64,000 nt of DNA from Octopus vulgaris (lineage: Eukaryota). Below, one piece after another: positions 27,040 to 39,005 of this stretch. The notes below the pieces were generated by a model that searched no databases, had not been told where the DNA came from, and saw nothing but the letters and a program-made list of their open reading frames with translations. Numbering within the stretch: the stretch's first letter is position 1; each line of letters begins with the position of its first letter. Location: assembly GCA_951406725.2 (NCBI GenBank), contig OX597816.1:93496001-93560000 (forward strand). Direction: 5' to 3'. Made by a program: the position numbers and the translations under genes.

Positions 27040-27220
27040 TCTGGTCCTAGTGATGTGAGAGAGTTGTACCAGCAAATAGGTGGGACTCGTGTATAGGCGA
27101 GTAGACTGGAGCAACATAAATTGAAGTGTCTTGTTCAAGGACACAACATGCCATCCAATCCAAGAATCGAACCCATGACGCTGGAGTCATGGTTCTAACA
27201 ACCTTATCACAAGGCCACGA
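27040..27220 (-). mobile_element. SINE family C
   Basis: Minus strand GTGGCCTTGTGATAAGG...GGGTTCGATTC...GTGTCCTTGAACAAGACACTTC. Confidence 0.6.
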
Positions 27221-27245
27221 ATCTTCACTAACCTGTTCATATATA

Positions 27246-27474
27246 CCTATTTCTTTACTACCCACAAGGGGCTAAACACAGAGGGGACAAACAAGGACAG
27301 ACAAACGGATTAAGCCGATTACATCGACCCCAGTGCGTAACTGGTACTTAATTTATCGACCCCGAAAGGATGAAAGGCAAAGTCGACTTCGGCGGAATTT
27401 GAACTCAGAACGTAACGGCAGACGAAATACGGCTACGCATTTTGCTCGGCGTGCTAACGTTTCTGCCAGCTCGC
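27246..27474 (-). mobile_element. SINE family A monomer
   Basis: Near-identical to 291-520 and 30090-30320. Confidence 0.85.
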
Positions 27475-27996
27475 ATGATGAGTTCGTTTTTACATACATA
27501 ATCTAGCGACCACGAGAAAATATCCGAGATAATAATTTATGTTGCAGAGTTAATGTAACTGGAAAACAAAAATGGAAATACTTCCTTATGGTTTTAATGA
27601 TACTGTTTATGGTAAATTAAGTAATTTACATAAGACGACAAATAACTCAGTTACTTTCAGTCCTGCATCCTTTGAGATATGTAGACTAAGGGAGATCATT
27701 GATAGTTACTGATCAGTCTAATCTGAGTTGCGTCCCTCAACTTTTCTCGCTAGTAAATAAGGATACTCGATTAATTTAGTAGAACTAACAATAATCTGTA
27801 TCTCTATGAATTACATTGGAAAGGAATCCGAACAAAACAAGTGTTATTAGTGATCTGTAAGATGACATATAGGAACAAATATTATCTCGTCTTGTTTTTA
27901 TTACATTTACGTCTCTTTTTTTTTTAAAGTCTTGTTTATTCTCTGTTGTTTACGTAAATATGATTTCAGAAACTACGCTGTTGATTTATATATGTA

Positions 27997-29025
27997 CGAG
28001 GGGTGTATGAACAGTTTTGAGCCTCAAAAAGACAAAACACAGTACAAGACTTCTGATGATTTATTTTTCAACATAGTCCCCCTCGATGGCTGAACACGTT
28101 CTCCGGCGGTGCTGAAGCGCCATTATCCCGACGTAGAAGAAATCTTTTGTTTGAGACTCCAAGAAACTACCTATAGCGTCTATGACGTCATTGTCACTGC
28201 CGAAATGGCGACCAGCCAGGGCTTTTTTCATTTTGGGGAATAGATGAAAGTCAGAGGGGGTTAAGTCTGGCGAATAAGGCAGATGGGGAACAAGTTCGTA
28301 TCCACAATCACGAATTGTTGCCATGGCAACCACTGAGGTGTAGGCTGGAGCATTGTCGTGATGAAAAAGGTCTCTCGTCTGGTGAGCATTCCCGGCCTTA
28401 TTTCTTTGATTGCTTCTCGGAGGCGTTTCAGTAGCTGAGAATAATACAGCCCTGTCACGGTGTGACCCTTTTCAAGGTAATCAATCAGCAAGACACCTTG
28501 AGAATCCCCCCAAAACTGACGCCATGACCTTGCCAGCTGAAGGAATGACTCTGGCCTTGTTTGGGGTAGGAGAAGATGTGTGCTTCCACTGCTTTGGTTG
28601 TTCTTTGGTTTCAGGCTGGTAGTGATGAATACAACTTTCGTCCATAGTAATGAAACGAGCAAGAAAATTCTCTTCATCGGCTTCAAACAGTTCCAGATTG
28701 CTCATGAACAAAGTGCACCTGGTGCGTTTCTGTTCAGGAGTCAAAAGGCGACGGACCCACCTTGCAGAAACCTTTGAGAATCCAAGTTCTTTTGTCACAA
28801 TGTTGTCTGCTCTTTCAGTTGAGATGCCCAGTCTCTTGGCTATCTGACGACATGATATTCGACGATCTTGCATTATCATACCAAGAGCAAGGTCAATGTT
28901 GTCCTGTGGTTGCAGTTGGAGGTCTCCCTGGTGTGGGATCATCTTCCACACTCTCCCTGCCACGCTTGATTTCATTTACCCAGCGTTTGACTGCTGCATA
29001 TGAAGGAGCATTGTCTGTTTAGGTT
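27997..29025 (-). mobile_element. mariner (irritans/Himar1-like), 5'-truncated, frameshifted
   Basis: TA|CGAGGGGTGTATGAACAGTTTTGAG terminus. ORFs contain KVSARWVRRLL, FITMDES, SAGKVMASV, LIDYLEKG and LPYSPDLTPSDFHLFPKMK. Confidence 0.9.
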
Positions 29026-29070
29026 CTGACCATCGGTTGTCAAGCGATGTTGGGGGAATTTTTTTTTTTT

Positions 29071-29181
29071 AATGCTTACAGCACCCAGGTTTCCCAAGCG
29101 GTCACCCATATAAGTACTCACTAGGCTCGACGTTGCTTAACTTTGGTGATCGGACGAGAACCCGTGCTTTCAACGTGATAT
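29071..29181 (-). pseudogene. 5S rRNA retropseudogene (5'-truncated, polyA-tailed)
   Basis: Minus strand TATCACGTTGAAAGCACGGGTTCTCGTCCGATCACCAAAGTTAAGCAACGTCGAGCCTAGTGAGTACTTATATGGGTGACCGCTTGGGAAACCTGGGTGCTGTAAGCATT followed by A12. Matches invertebrate 5S rRNA but lacks about the first 10 nt. Confidence 0.88.
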
Positions 29182-29195
29182 ATATATATATATAT

Positions 29196-29368
29196 ATTCG
29201 TTTCAGTCATTTTGACTGCGGCCATGCTGGAGCACCGCCTTTAGTTGAGCAAATCAACCCCAGGACTTATTCTATCAGTCACTTTTGCCAAACCGCTATG
29301 TTACGGGGGACATAAACACACCAGTATCGATGTCAAGCGATGTTGGGACAAACATACACACACACACA

Positions 29369-29446
<78 letters not shown>

Positions 29447-29572
29447 CGACGGGCTTCTTTCAGTTTCCATCTACCAAATCCACTCACAAGGCTTTGGTCG
29501 GCCCGAAGCTATAGTTGAAGACACTTGCCCAAGGTGCCACGCAGTGGTACTGAACCTGGAACCATGTGGTTG
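29196..29572 (-). mobile_element. SINE family B (head-truncated) with expanded internal (CA)n(TA)n
   Basis: Homologous to 22455-22856. Confidence 0.82.
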
Positions 29573-29765
29573 GATGTGAAAGCGTGTGTTGAAACAGATA
29601 TTGTTATACTTAGAGATGGTCATCGTTTGGCAATTATAGTCAGTGTGTTTGATTAGTAAATGACCACCCCCTAATATAAGAATGTAACTATATATATATA
29701 TATAAATGTGCACGTGTGTTATATATCCGTATGTATATATGTGTGTGTAAATGTGTGAATATATT

Positions 29766-30322
29766 CCTCTTTTTTTTCTACTCTAGGCACAAGGCCCGAA
29801 ATTCTGGGGGAGAGGGCCAGTCGATTAGATCGACCCCTAGTATGATGAAAGGCAAAGTCGACCTCGCCGGAATTTGAACACAGAACGTAGCGGCAGACGA
29901 AATACTTATTTCTTTACTACCCACAAGGGGCTAAACACAGAGAGGGCAAACAAGGACAGACAAACGGATTAAGTCGGTTATATCGACCCCAGTGCGTAAC
30001 TGGTACTTATTTAATCGACCCCGTAAGGATGAAAGGCAAAGTCGACCTCGGCGGAATTTGAACTCAGAACGTAGCGGCAGACGAAATACTTATTTCTTTA
30101 CTACCCACAAGGGGCTAAATACAGAGAGGGCAAATAAGGACAGACAAACGGATTAAGTCGGTTATATCGACCCCAGTGCGTAACTGGTACTTATTTAATC
30201 GACCCTGAAAGGATGAAAGGCAAAGTCGACCTCGGCGGAATTTGAACTCAGAACGTAGAGACAGACGAAATACGGCTATGCATTTCGCTCGGCGTGCTAA
30301 CGTTTCTGCCAGCTCGCCACCT
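29766..30322 (-). mobile_element. SINE family A, three-unit form
   Basis: Three core units with identical junctions GCAGACGAAATACTTATTTCTTTAC. Perfect 18-bp TSD TAAATGTGTGAATATATT at 29748-29765 and 30323-30340. Confidence 0.9.
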
Positions 30323-30867
30323 TAAATGTGTGAATATATTATATATGCATATGTATATACGTGTGTGTGCGTGTGTGTGTACATACACACATACACACAC
30401 ATTGAGAGAGTTCGGGAGAAGGAAAGAAATGAAAAGAGAGTATAGGCTGGTAACTACAGTAATAGATAGGTAAAGATACAGACAGATTGGTAGACAGGAT
30501 TAGAGTTTGACAGGTAGTTAAATAGATAGGCATCTGTGTTGGGGAATAAATGGGAACTTATAGGAATATAAATTTGCATATGGGTAAGGAAGTGAGTAAC
30601 ATAGGTGCGATCGCTTGCAAATTCAGGTTGGGCTGTTTAGCCATATGGTGCACGCACACGCACACACACACACACACAGATACACACGCGCTCGCACGGA
30701 TAGACACAGGCAAGCACACATATGCACGCATATATGTATATACGCACGCATATATGTATATACGCACAAACCTGCACACGCACAATCACGCACACATCCC
30801 TGTGGGTACACACACACATACATGCACACACACATACACTCTCTCTTTCTCTCTTTCTGTTTCTGTT

Positions 30868-30904
<37 letters not shown>

Positions 30905-31039
30905 CTCTTTCTCTTTCTCTCTTTCTGTTTCTGTTTCTCCCTCTCTCTCTCTCTCTTTTTCTCTTTCTCTTTCTATCTCTCCCCCTCTATCTCTTTCACA
31001 CACACAACACACACATGCACACACACATACACACACTCA

Positions 31040-31080
<41 letters not shown>

Positions 31081-31089
31081 ACACACACA

Positions 31090-31290
31090 TCGGCCTTGCA
31101 CTCACGATCGGAAGATCGTGGTTTTGATTCCTGGGCCGTGAGATGCGTTGTGCCTTTGAGTAAAACATTTCATTTCACTTTGGTCCAGTCTGCTCAGCTG
31201 TAACTGAATTACCCATACGACGGACTGGCGTCCTGTAGGTGACTACAGCCACTTACACTGCATGGAATCCGGGTAACAGGCCCTATAAGC
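31090..31290 (+). mobile_element. SINE family C, 5'-degenerate
   Basis: CACTCACGATCGGAAGATCGTGGTTTTGATTCCTGG...GTTGTGCCTTTGAGTAAAACATTTCATTTCAC. Confidence 0.6.
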
Positions 31291-31365
31291 CCTAGCACCC
31301 GAGAAGTAATATCCGTTGGTTTAACTTCCTCACACACACATACATTATATCTATCTATCTATCTA

Positions 31366-31396
<31 letters not shown>

Positions 31397-31944
31397 GAGC
31401 AAAACGCCCCCCCCCCGTCCAATGGACGGTGCTGAGTTGTCAAACATTTAAACCAAATTTTATTTTCTCAAAACAACTTGTCCGACCGTCCCATAGGCCA
31501 CCCTTTTGAGAAACACTGATTTAACCTAAATTTGAGACAGCAAAAGAAGAAATAAAGATAGGCTTTTTTCTATTCCAAAGAAAAAACGATTTTATTCACG
31601 CAAATATGCAACCGAAGAGTTTAAAGTACCAGTAATAATAAGGCTGTTGACTGGGAGAACACAAACATGGTTCAAACAGTAAGCTTGGCAAGAAAGAAAC
31701 GTGCCTTTAAGCAGTACAAAAACAACAAAAAATGGAAGGTGCAGTTATGTACAGGTTGACGGAAGAAAAGCAGGACAAAAACGATGCATGCAAATGGGTT
31801 AGCTGGAGGTATATCTAGATGGAAAAGCATGATGAATTTATGAGAACGTACCTGGGACAATAATAAGTTTAGTGCATTTTTCTCGCGTACGCGTAGTATC
31901 GATCGCAACAGCTGATGTACTTGCGCGTATAAATGCACGTTCCC

Positions 31945-32113
31945 ACGGCTTTATCAATCGCATTCTCACCTGGAATTGATTTTTGTAATTTTTCCAAGAC
32001 TTATACACGCCCTGGTACCGTCGGTAGCTACATATCAAATTTGAGCGCAATCGGATGGAGGATGCCCGAGATCCTAGAAGACACAGACAGACAGAACGGA
32101 TTTTATATAATAG
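31945..32113 (-). mobile_element. Helitron-like non-autonomous element 5' end
   Basis: Minus strand starts A|TCTATTATATAAAATCCGTTCTGTCTGTCTGTG, the TC start plus CTGT repeats seen in Lep1-type Helitrons. 3' CTAG end not located. Confidence 0.45.
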
Positions 32114-32132
32114 ATGTGTGTTTGTATATATG

Positions 32133-32178
<46 letters not shown>

Positions 32179-32230
32179 CATACATACATATATATATATG
32201 TATGTATCTATATCTATCTATCTATCTATC

Positions 32231-32304
<74 letters not shown>

Positions 32305-32679
32305 GAAGTTAGTTCAGTATATATGCAAATTTAGATCAGTAAGCCCTACGTGACATAGGAAAATTTATATAGGGAGTACTATTGATTTTATAAATAGATA
32401 TAGGGGACACAATAAAAAATTTATTCACCCCAATATAAAAAAATTCCACGACATTAGCATCATATATTAAACACCTCAAAGAGTCTAACATTGAGTATAA
32501 TTATAGGTGGTCGATAATTACTGAATCAATACCATGTAACACACATACTAAAGCTTGTAGGCTTCGCATAAAGGAATCAAGTAGCATCAGCCCAAAGTAC
32601 TCACTCCATGGGTTTCTTTTGTGAAGCTACTAATTTATGGGGGCGTAAACATACCAACATTAGTTGGCAAGCAATGTAT

Positions 32680-32736
<57 letters not shown>

Positions 32737-33114
32737 TAAAGAATATATATGTATATGCATATATACATACCCATATTTGTACATACCTACATATATATAT
32801 ATATGTATATATATACATTCATATATGGGTATAGGACTTCAAAAAACGTGGACAAAATGAAAAACGAGAACATAAAAAGACAAAAACATGGAACTTTTTT
32901 TTCGAACAACGAAAGAAACAAATAGAGAAATGAGAAGGCAACATAAAGAACAATCCCTTCATCAGTTGTCCGTGTTGGGACAAGACGCGACTACGTTAAA
33001 ACAGTCGTTCCCGCAAAGCAAATTAAATAAAATTTGGGATTTGCGGAGGGTTCAAGTGGTATCAAAAACAGGACAGTAAGAACAAGACAGTAAAAACAAA
33101 AGGTAAAGAACAGC

Positions 33115-33412
33115 TCGTGATTATTATGCCAAGTTCAAAAATGGAAATTTGGACCTCAAAGACGCACCTCGTTCTGACCCTCCTGTTGAGTTTGATGAAG
33201 AACGATTAAACCAACTTTTGCACGAAAATTCTCGTCAAACGATAAGGGAACTTGCAGAGAAAATGGAATGCTCCCACAATAGAGAAGCATCTTCACTCGA
33301 TGGGAAAGGTTCAGAAGTATTGGAGCATTGGTTCCGCATGCTTTAAGTGACAACAACAAAAATCAACGAGCCACAATCTCCGCTGGTTTGCTTGCTCGTC
33401 ACCGCTCAACTC
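33115..33412 (+). pseudogene. mariner transposase HTH-region fragment
   Basis: KFKNGNLDLKDAPRSDPPVEFDEERLNQLLHENSRQTIRELAEKM, then GALVPHALS (WVPHEL-like). Confidence 0.8.
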
Positions 33413-35462
33413 GTTTCTTCATTAGCCACAAGGTTCCAAAATAGAGGGGGACAAACAAGAACAGACAGGACACCACAGAAGAAGACAATACATAAAACAA
33501 ATAGGAATGAGATGGTTATATTACAAAGAGGTTATGAATGGCTGCATGCGCCCCTCATCACATGTAATACCATTAATCTTTTTTTTTTACAGTCCATTAT
33601 TATCATGTATTTACATAACAATTAATTATTATGTTACATACCATTGCAAGTATTTGAACCGTTATATACATTATCTACAATTGTTCTTCTATTTTTCAAT
33701 ATTTTTTTAAAACATAACATAAACCACTTTACTCTTTCTTTTTTTTTTTCCTTTTTTTCCCTCTTTCTTTTTCCTGTCAATTTAACATACTTATCTTTTT
33801 AATAATACTGCATCAATGGATCAATTTCTATTAAATCCACTACTGGTGGCAATCCTTTGAATTCCACCCATACTCCTGGTGGGTCAATACTATATCCACA
33901 CATTTCTTCCAGTTTCTTGTAATTTTCCTTTTCGATCACTATCGCCTTCATATCCTCTGCATATATGTATGATGGTACTTTCACTCTTATTATTTGATTA
34001 AACTTGACTCTCTTCTTCTCTGTTTCTACATTCTTTGGGTACGTCACGTAATACCATACTCCATTTCCACCCTGTATTCTCTTTCCTTTATTTTGAACTC
34101 TTTGTTCTCTCTTTTCCTTCTCCACTCTAAATAGTCTCTCCATCTCTTCAGCCAGTTGGATTTCCGAATCCTTTCCCACCTGACCAACTGGTATATTTAC
34201 TTGTCACTCCATTTTCTTTTTACTTTCTTTCTCTGTCGCCCTTTTGTCTTCCTTCCTGCTGACATCCTTCACAGTTTCTTTTCTCAATATCTTCTCTCCT
34301 CTTTTTCTGTTTCTCTGGCGGAGAACCTATCCCGCCGCTCCTCCTTTTTTTTTACCACAGTAAAATCATCCTCTGTTTCTTTTTCATTTGTCTCGACCTG
34401 TTCTACCTGGTCCACGCTCTCTTGTCTCTCCACCTGCTCTGCTTGTTGCTTTTTTTGGGTGGTGGACAGTCACTCCAATGACGCCCAGATCGAGATCTGG
34501 TCACCATTACATTGCCTGTGGCGCCGTAGTGGTGGACAGTCACCCCAATGGCACCCAGATCTGCTCTCCTAGATCGCCCTGTCTGCTCTCCCAGATTGTC
34601 CAGTCTGCTCTCCTAAATCGCCCCGTTTGCTCTCCTAGATCGCCGACGATTGACCATGCAAATGAAAGCTGTAAACACGGGCTACATGCAACTGAGAATT
34701 TCTTTCAGAAAAAATTTAAATTAAAAAATAAACATCGCATCGCGTCGGGTCACGTCACGTCGCAACACAACACAACTCACCACCAGCGCCACTGTCAAGA
34801 TTTGTGGCGCCGTAGTGGTGGATCTGATCACCATTGCATTTGTGGCGCTGTAGTGGTGGACAGTCACTCCAATGACGCCCAGATCGAGATCTGGTCGCCA
34901 TTACATTGCCTGTGGCGCCGTAGTGGTAGACAGTCACCCCAATGACGCCCAGATCTGCTCTCCTAGATCGCCCCGTCCGCTCTCCTAGATTGCCCGGTCT
35001 GCTCTCCTAAATCGCCCCGTTTGCTCTCCTAGATCGCCGATGACTGACCATGCAAATGAAAGCTGTAAACACGGGCTACATGCAACTGTGAATTTCTTTC
35101 AGAAAAAATGAAACTGTAAACAATAAAAAATAAAAGGCAAAAATACGTAAAAATGAGAAATTTTTTTCAACTTCAAAAATCTTATATTACAAATCCGCTT
35201 CCACTTTATCATGTTGCAAATTTGATTGAAATCGCGCAAAAGGCCTTCAATCTAGACCCCCAAGTGTCCCCAAAAATCAATAAAATCCCCGTTTTCACAC
35301 CAAAGCAACCACTATAGCGCCCCAAAACGTCTCCCAATCAATTTCTCACCTCAAGTTACCCCCTCCTGTAAATTTTAATCCCCTTCCAGCCCTATTTAGA
35401 CCCCTTTTTACATAAAAATCCAATTTGTATCAACGTTCGCCTTCTTCATTTTATAGATTAGA
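33413..35462 (-). mobile_element. putative non-autonomous L1/Tx1-related retroelement
   Basis: 3' tail homologous to the Tx1-like LINE at 58360 and to SINE A tail 1. Interrupted charged ORF (DDFTVVKKK...; 33799-34179). Repeat-rich 5' region. 5' boundary uncertain. Confidence 0.5.
34459..35109. repeat. ~255-bp direct duplication (period 394) with internal ~21-bp tandem units
   Basis: 34461-34715 is repeated at 34855-35109. Internal units resemble CTGCTCTCCTAGATCGCCCCG, four per copy. Confidence 0.9.
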
Positions 35463-35495
35463 TTGTTTTACTTGTTTCGGTATTATAACCCGATT

Positions 35496-35790
35496 TCATT
35501 CGAGTCTACGCGGGCCACATTTTAAAAGATGAGGAATTTTACTGCTATCCCTAAATGAAGAATAAGGATTGGAAATTCTCTTAGATAACTGGGAAGAGGA
35601 CGCGCCAATGTAAAAATAGACATCGGTACCGCAAGTAATTTTACATTGGTATATAGAATTCTTAATCTTAGAATTATTAGACATAAATTTAATTCATTTA
35701 GGGATAGCAGTAAACGTTATAGCACAGGGCTAAGTAAATTGGTTTAGTATCTTAAAGACAACAATAAGGATTTTAAGTTAGATCGGTTCA
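35496..35790. pseudogene. Penelope-like GIY-YIG endonuclease fragment with internal inversion
   Basis: Minus strand: IYQCKITCGTDVYFYIGASSSQLSKRISNPYSSFRDSSK. Plus strand from 35691: NSFRDSSKRYSTGLSKLV*YLKDNNKDFKLD. Confidence 0.7.
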
Positions 35791-35963
35791 TCCTGTCCAT
35801 CTCTTTCCCTTATGACAAGGGCAAAGGATTTTGTAACATTTGCAACACACAAACACATACATATGGGTACATATATTTATTTTTATATATAAATATAAAG
35901 CAAACATATACATACACATGTCCATAAATACTCCATATATAAATGTGTGTGTGTATTTGTATA

Positions 35964-36024
<61 letters not shown>

Positions 36025-36096
36025 TATATGTATATATATATATACACACACACACATGCACACTTATATATACGTACTTACGCACACACACATATT

Positions 36097-36187
<91 letters not shown>

Positions 36188-36328
36188 CAATAAAGATTCA
36201 AGTTAATTTAAATGAATTTACTTGAATATGGTACCTAACTTAGATGCACCAAAAAAACTATACTGTTTTAACAATACAATAATGTGGGGTGATTATAAGC
36301 GAGAAAGAAGCAACAAGAATGGATAGGT

Positions 36329-36419
36329 TTTTAGTACAATCGTTTCATACAAGGACAGGCTTTATTAAAAGTTGCAAAAATTACAGCATATAAACGTGTC
36401 CTGTACTCATCAGCTAAAA
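36329..36419 (-). ncRNA. hammerhead ribozyme motif (type I, minimal stem III), mirror copy
   Basis: Reverse complement of 36856-36946. Confidence 0.65.
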
Positions 36420-36855
36420 TACATGTGAGTTCTCTAGACATCCTATTGGTTGAGGCTATACTCATGAAGTAGATAATTAAGTAACATAAACAGATTTCCA
36501 AAGTTCATTAAAGTTCTTTAAAGATGATGTACAGTCTTATCACAGAATTTTAAAAAAGTTTTAACAGCATCACAGAGAAGGTGACCTAATCCATAGTGCA
36601 CATATGAATTTCCAGAGATATGATGAGGGATTACATACTCACAGACGACAAATTTATCCATTGTTAATCACAACGAGGTGGGTCTCAATTCCAGAGAGGG
36701 TGAATTAATCCTTTGTATAGATGCACAATTTCCAATGGTGTAGATGTAAATTTCCAGAGAAATTTAATGAACTTTGGAAATCTGTTTATGTTACTTAATT
36801 ATCTACTTCATGAGTATAGCCTCAACCAATAGGATGTCTAGAGAACTCACATGTA

Positions 36856-36946
36856 TTTTAGCTGATGAGTACAGGACACGTTTATATGCTGTAAATTTTG
36901 CAACTTTTAATAAAGCCTGTCCTTGTATGAAACGATTGTACTAAAA
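36856..36946 (+). ncRNA. hammerhead ribozyme motif (type I, minimal stem III)
   Basis: TTTTAG-CTGATGA-GTACAGGACA...TGTCCTTGTAT-GAAA-CGATTG-TA-CTAAAA: 6-bp stem I, long stem II, GUA cleavage triplet. Confidence 0.7.
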
Positions 36947-36976
36947 ACCTATCCATTCTTGTTGCTTCTTTCTCGC

Positions 36977-37011
<35 letters not shown>

Positions 37012-37110
37012 TTAAAAATAAGATAAAATCTTTATAAGAATTTATCAATTAGCGTGAAAAACCTCATAAGGGAAAAATTTATTAATTATTCCCTTTAAAT
37101 ATATTTAATG

Positions 37111-37166
<56 letters not shown>

Positions 37167-37299
37167 TATATATTACACACACACACACATATATATATAT
37201 ACATACATATATATATATACATACATATCTAAATATACTTATACATATTATGTACATATATACATACATATATATACATATACATACATATATATACAT

Positions 37300-37357
<58 letters not shown>

Positions 37358-38350
37358 GTGTGTGTGTGTGTATACACACACAACATACATACACACATAC
37401 CCATAAATGTACACCGCAAATTTAATAGTCACCTACCCTCACAACTCTCTCTTCCCATATATCCACTCTCTTACCCTCACTCTGTCACTCACTCACTCAC
37501 TCTCTTTCTCTTTCTCACTTAGCCTACCTCTCTCTCTCTCTCTTTCTCTCCTCCTACCACACAAAGTTACATAGCCGCACATATCGTATAGAGCATTTAC
37601 TAGTTAGTCTCCACCTGCTTTGATTGAGCCACAATTAAATCTCCTTATAGATAAGACACTGATATTCCGACATTAATTTAGTTGTCTGACCTCGGACATT
37701 CAAGAGCTTATGGAGACATTCAGACTGTAATGTTTCGTCTTCTTATTTACCGTTATTAGCTTGTTTACGTAGTCAATGAATACATGAAGTAGCCGACGCC
37801 GTTAATGTCGGTGTGGATGTGTGTGGTAGTGGAAGTATTGATAGTGTTGTAGCTGTTGCTATTATTATTATTGGTGGTGGTGCTGGTGCTGGTGATGGTG
37901 ATGGTAGTGGAGGATTTGATGGTGATACTGTCGTGGTGGTGGTGGCGGTGGTGGTTGTGTTTGTTGCAGTTGTTGGTTGGTTAGCTCTAGGTCAAATCTG
38001 ACAAAACGGATCTGTGATCATTTTGTCTTTTGGCGGGTAGTTACGGCTGCATTCATTAGCCAATGTCTCCTTTTTAGCCCCACCATTTTTTTTATTCGAG
38101 GCAGTAGAGAGTGATTTGTAGGAGATTTGGCTGCTATTTCTGGCATATTGAGCGACAACGTAGAAGCAAGCAAAGTGGAAACTAAGAGCGCAACTGGTGG
38201 TGGGAGATGGGTCAATCTGCCCCGAGCGATGCTTTAATGGAAGTAGCACTTTTGGGTCTACTGTATAAGCTTGGATCTGTTGCATATGCTTTGGGGCCCA
38301 CAGAGGTGGGTAAAAATCGAGAGCTGCTCCAGGTGACAAACGCTCTCGGT

Positions 38351-38718
38351 CAGTGGTTCGCAACCGGAGGAGCTGGCAGAAACGTTAGCACGCCGGGCGA
38401 AATGCGTAGCCGTATTTCATCAGCCGTTACGTTCTGAGTTCAAATTCCGCCGAGGTCGACTTTGCCTTTCATCCTTTCGGGGTCGATGAATTAAGTACCA
38501 GTTACGCACTGGGGTCGATGTAATCGACTTAATCCGTTTGTCTGTCCTTATTTGTCTCCTCTGTGTTTAGCCCCTTGTGGGTAGTAAAGAAATAGGTTAT
38601 ATTTTTACAATACACAAAATATTTTAATGATTTTTTAAAAATACAATTCCTAATAATATTTAATTATAAAAATGTCCAAGGGGTCCACTGGTGAAAAAAA
38701 AAGGGTTGATAAACACTA
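38351..38718. mobile_element. hAT-like MITE interrupted by SINE A
   Basis: Ends CAGTGGTTCGCAACC / GGTTGATAAACACTA form imperfect TIRs. No clean TSD. Confidence 0.35.
38368..38597 (+). mobile_element. SINE family A monomer
   Basis: Matches 3400-3632. Confidence 0.85.
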
Positions 38719-38819
38719 CTGGTGGGAGCCTATATGTAGTCATTCGATCTGCTAGTAATAGCAAGTAAATGTCTTGCCAATTATATTCAACTCATTAGAA
38801 AAGGACATACCAGATAATG

Positions 38820-39005
38820 GTTTCAGATTTTGGGGGACTGGATGTGTCGATTACATCGACCACAATGTTTAACTGGAACTTATTTTATCGACCCCGTAAG
38901 GATGAAAAGTAAAGTCGACCTCGGCGAAATTTGAACTCAAAACGTACCAACGGGCGAAACACTGCTATGCATTCGTCCAGCGCGCTAACGATTCTGCCAG
39001 CTTGC
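38820..39005 (-). mobile_element. SINE family A (tail-2 type)
   Basis: TTTATCGACCCCGTAAGGATGAAAAGTAAAGTCGACCTCGGCGAAATTTGAACTC core. Confidence 0.7.

Larger units (their letters stand above)
36299..36976. repeat. 214-bp near-perfect inverted repeat (probable Penelope pseudo-LTR pair)
   Basis: 36299-36512 is the reverse complement of 36763-36976 (one mismatch noticed), with a 250-bp spacer. Each arm carries a hammerhead motif. Confidence 0.9.

Noticed and set aside
30550-31203. 217-aa and overlapping ORFs rich in HT/SL/CV repeats
   Set aside because: These are translations of (CA)n/(CT)n microsatellites. The same applies to the many YI/CV/RE/poly-N ORFs across the window.
32940-32972. CTGATGAAGG on the minus strand (hammerhead half-core)
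   Set aside because: No properly placed GAAA or stem II partner found; probably a decayed pseudo-LTR.
34461-35040. Short repeats that could be mistaken for a CRISPR array
   Set aside because: Units are adjacent tandem repeats without unique spacers, the context is eukaryotic, and no cas genes are present.
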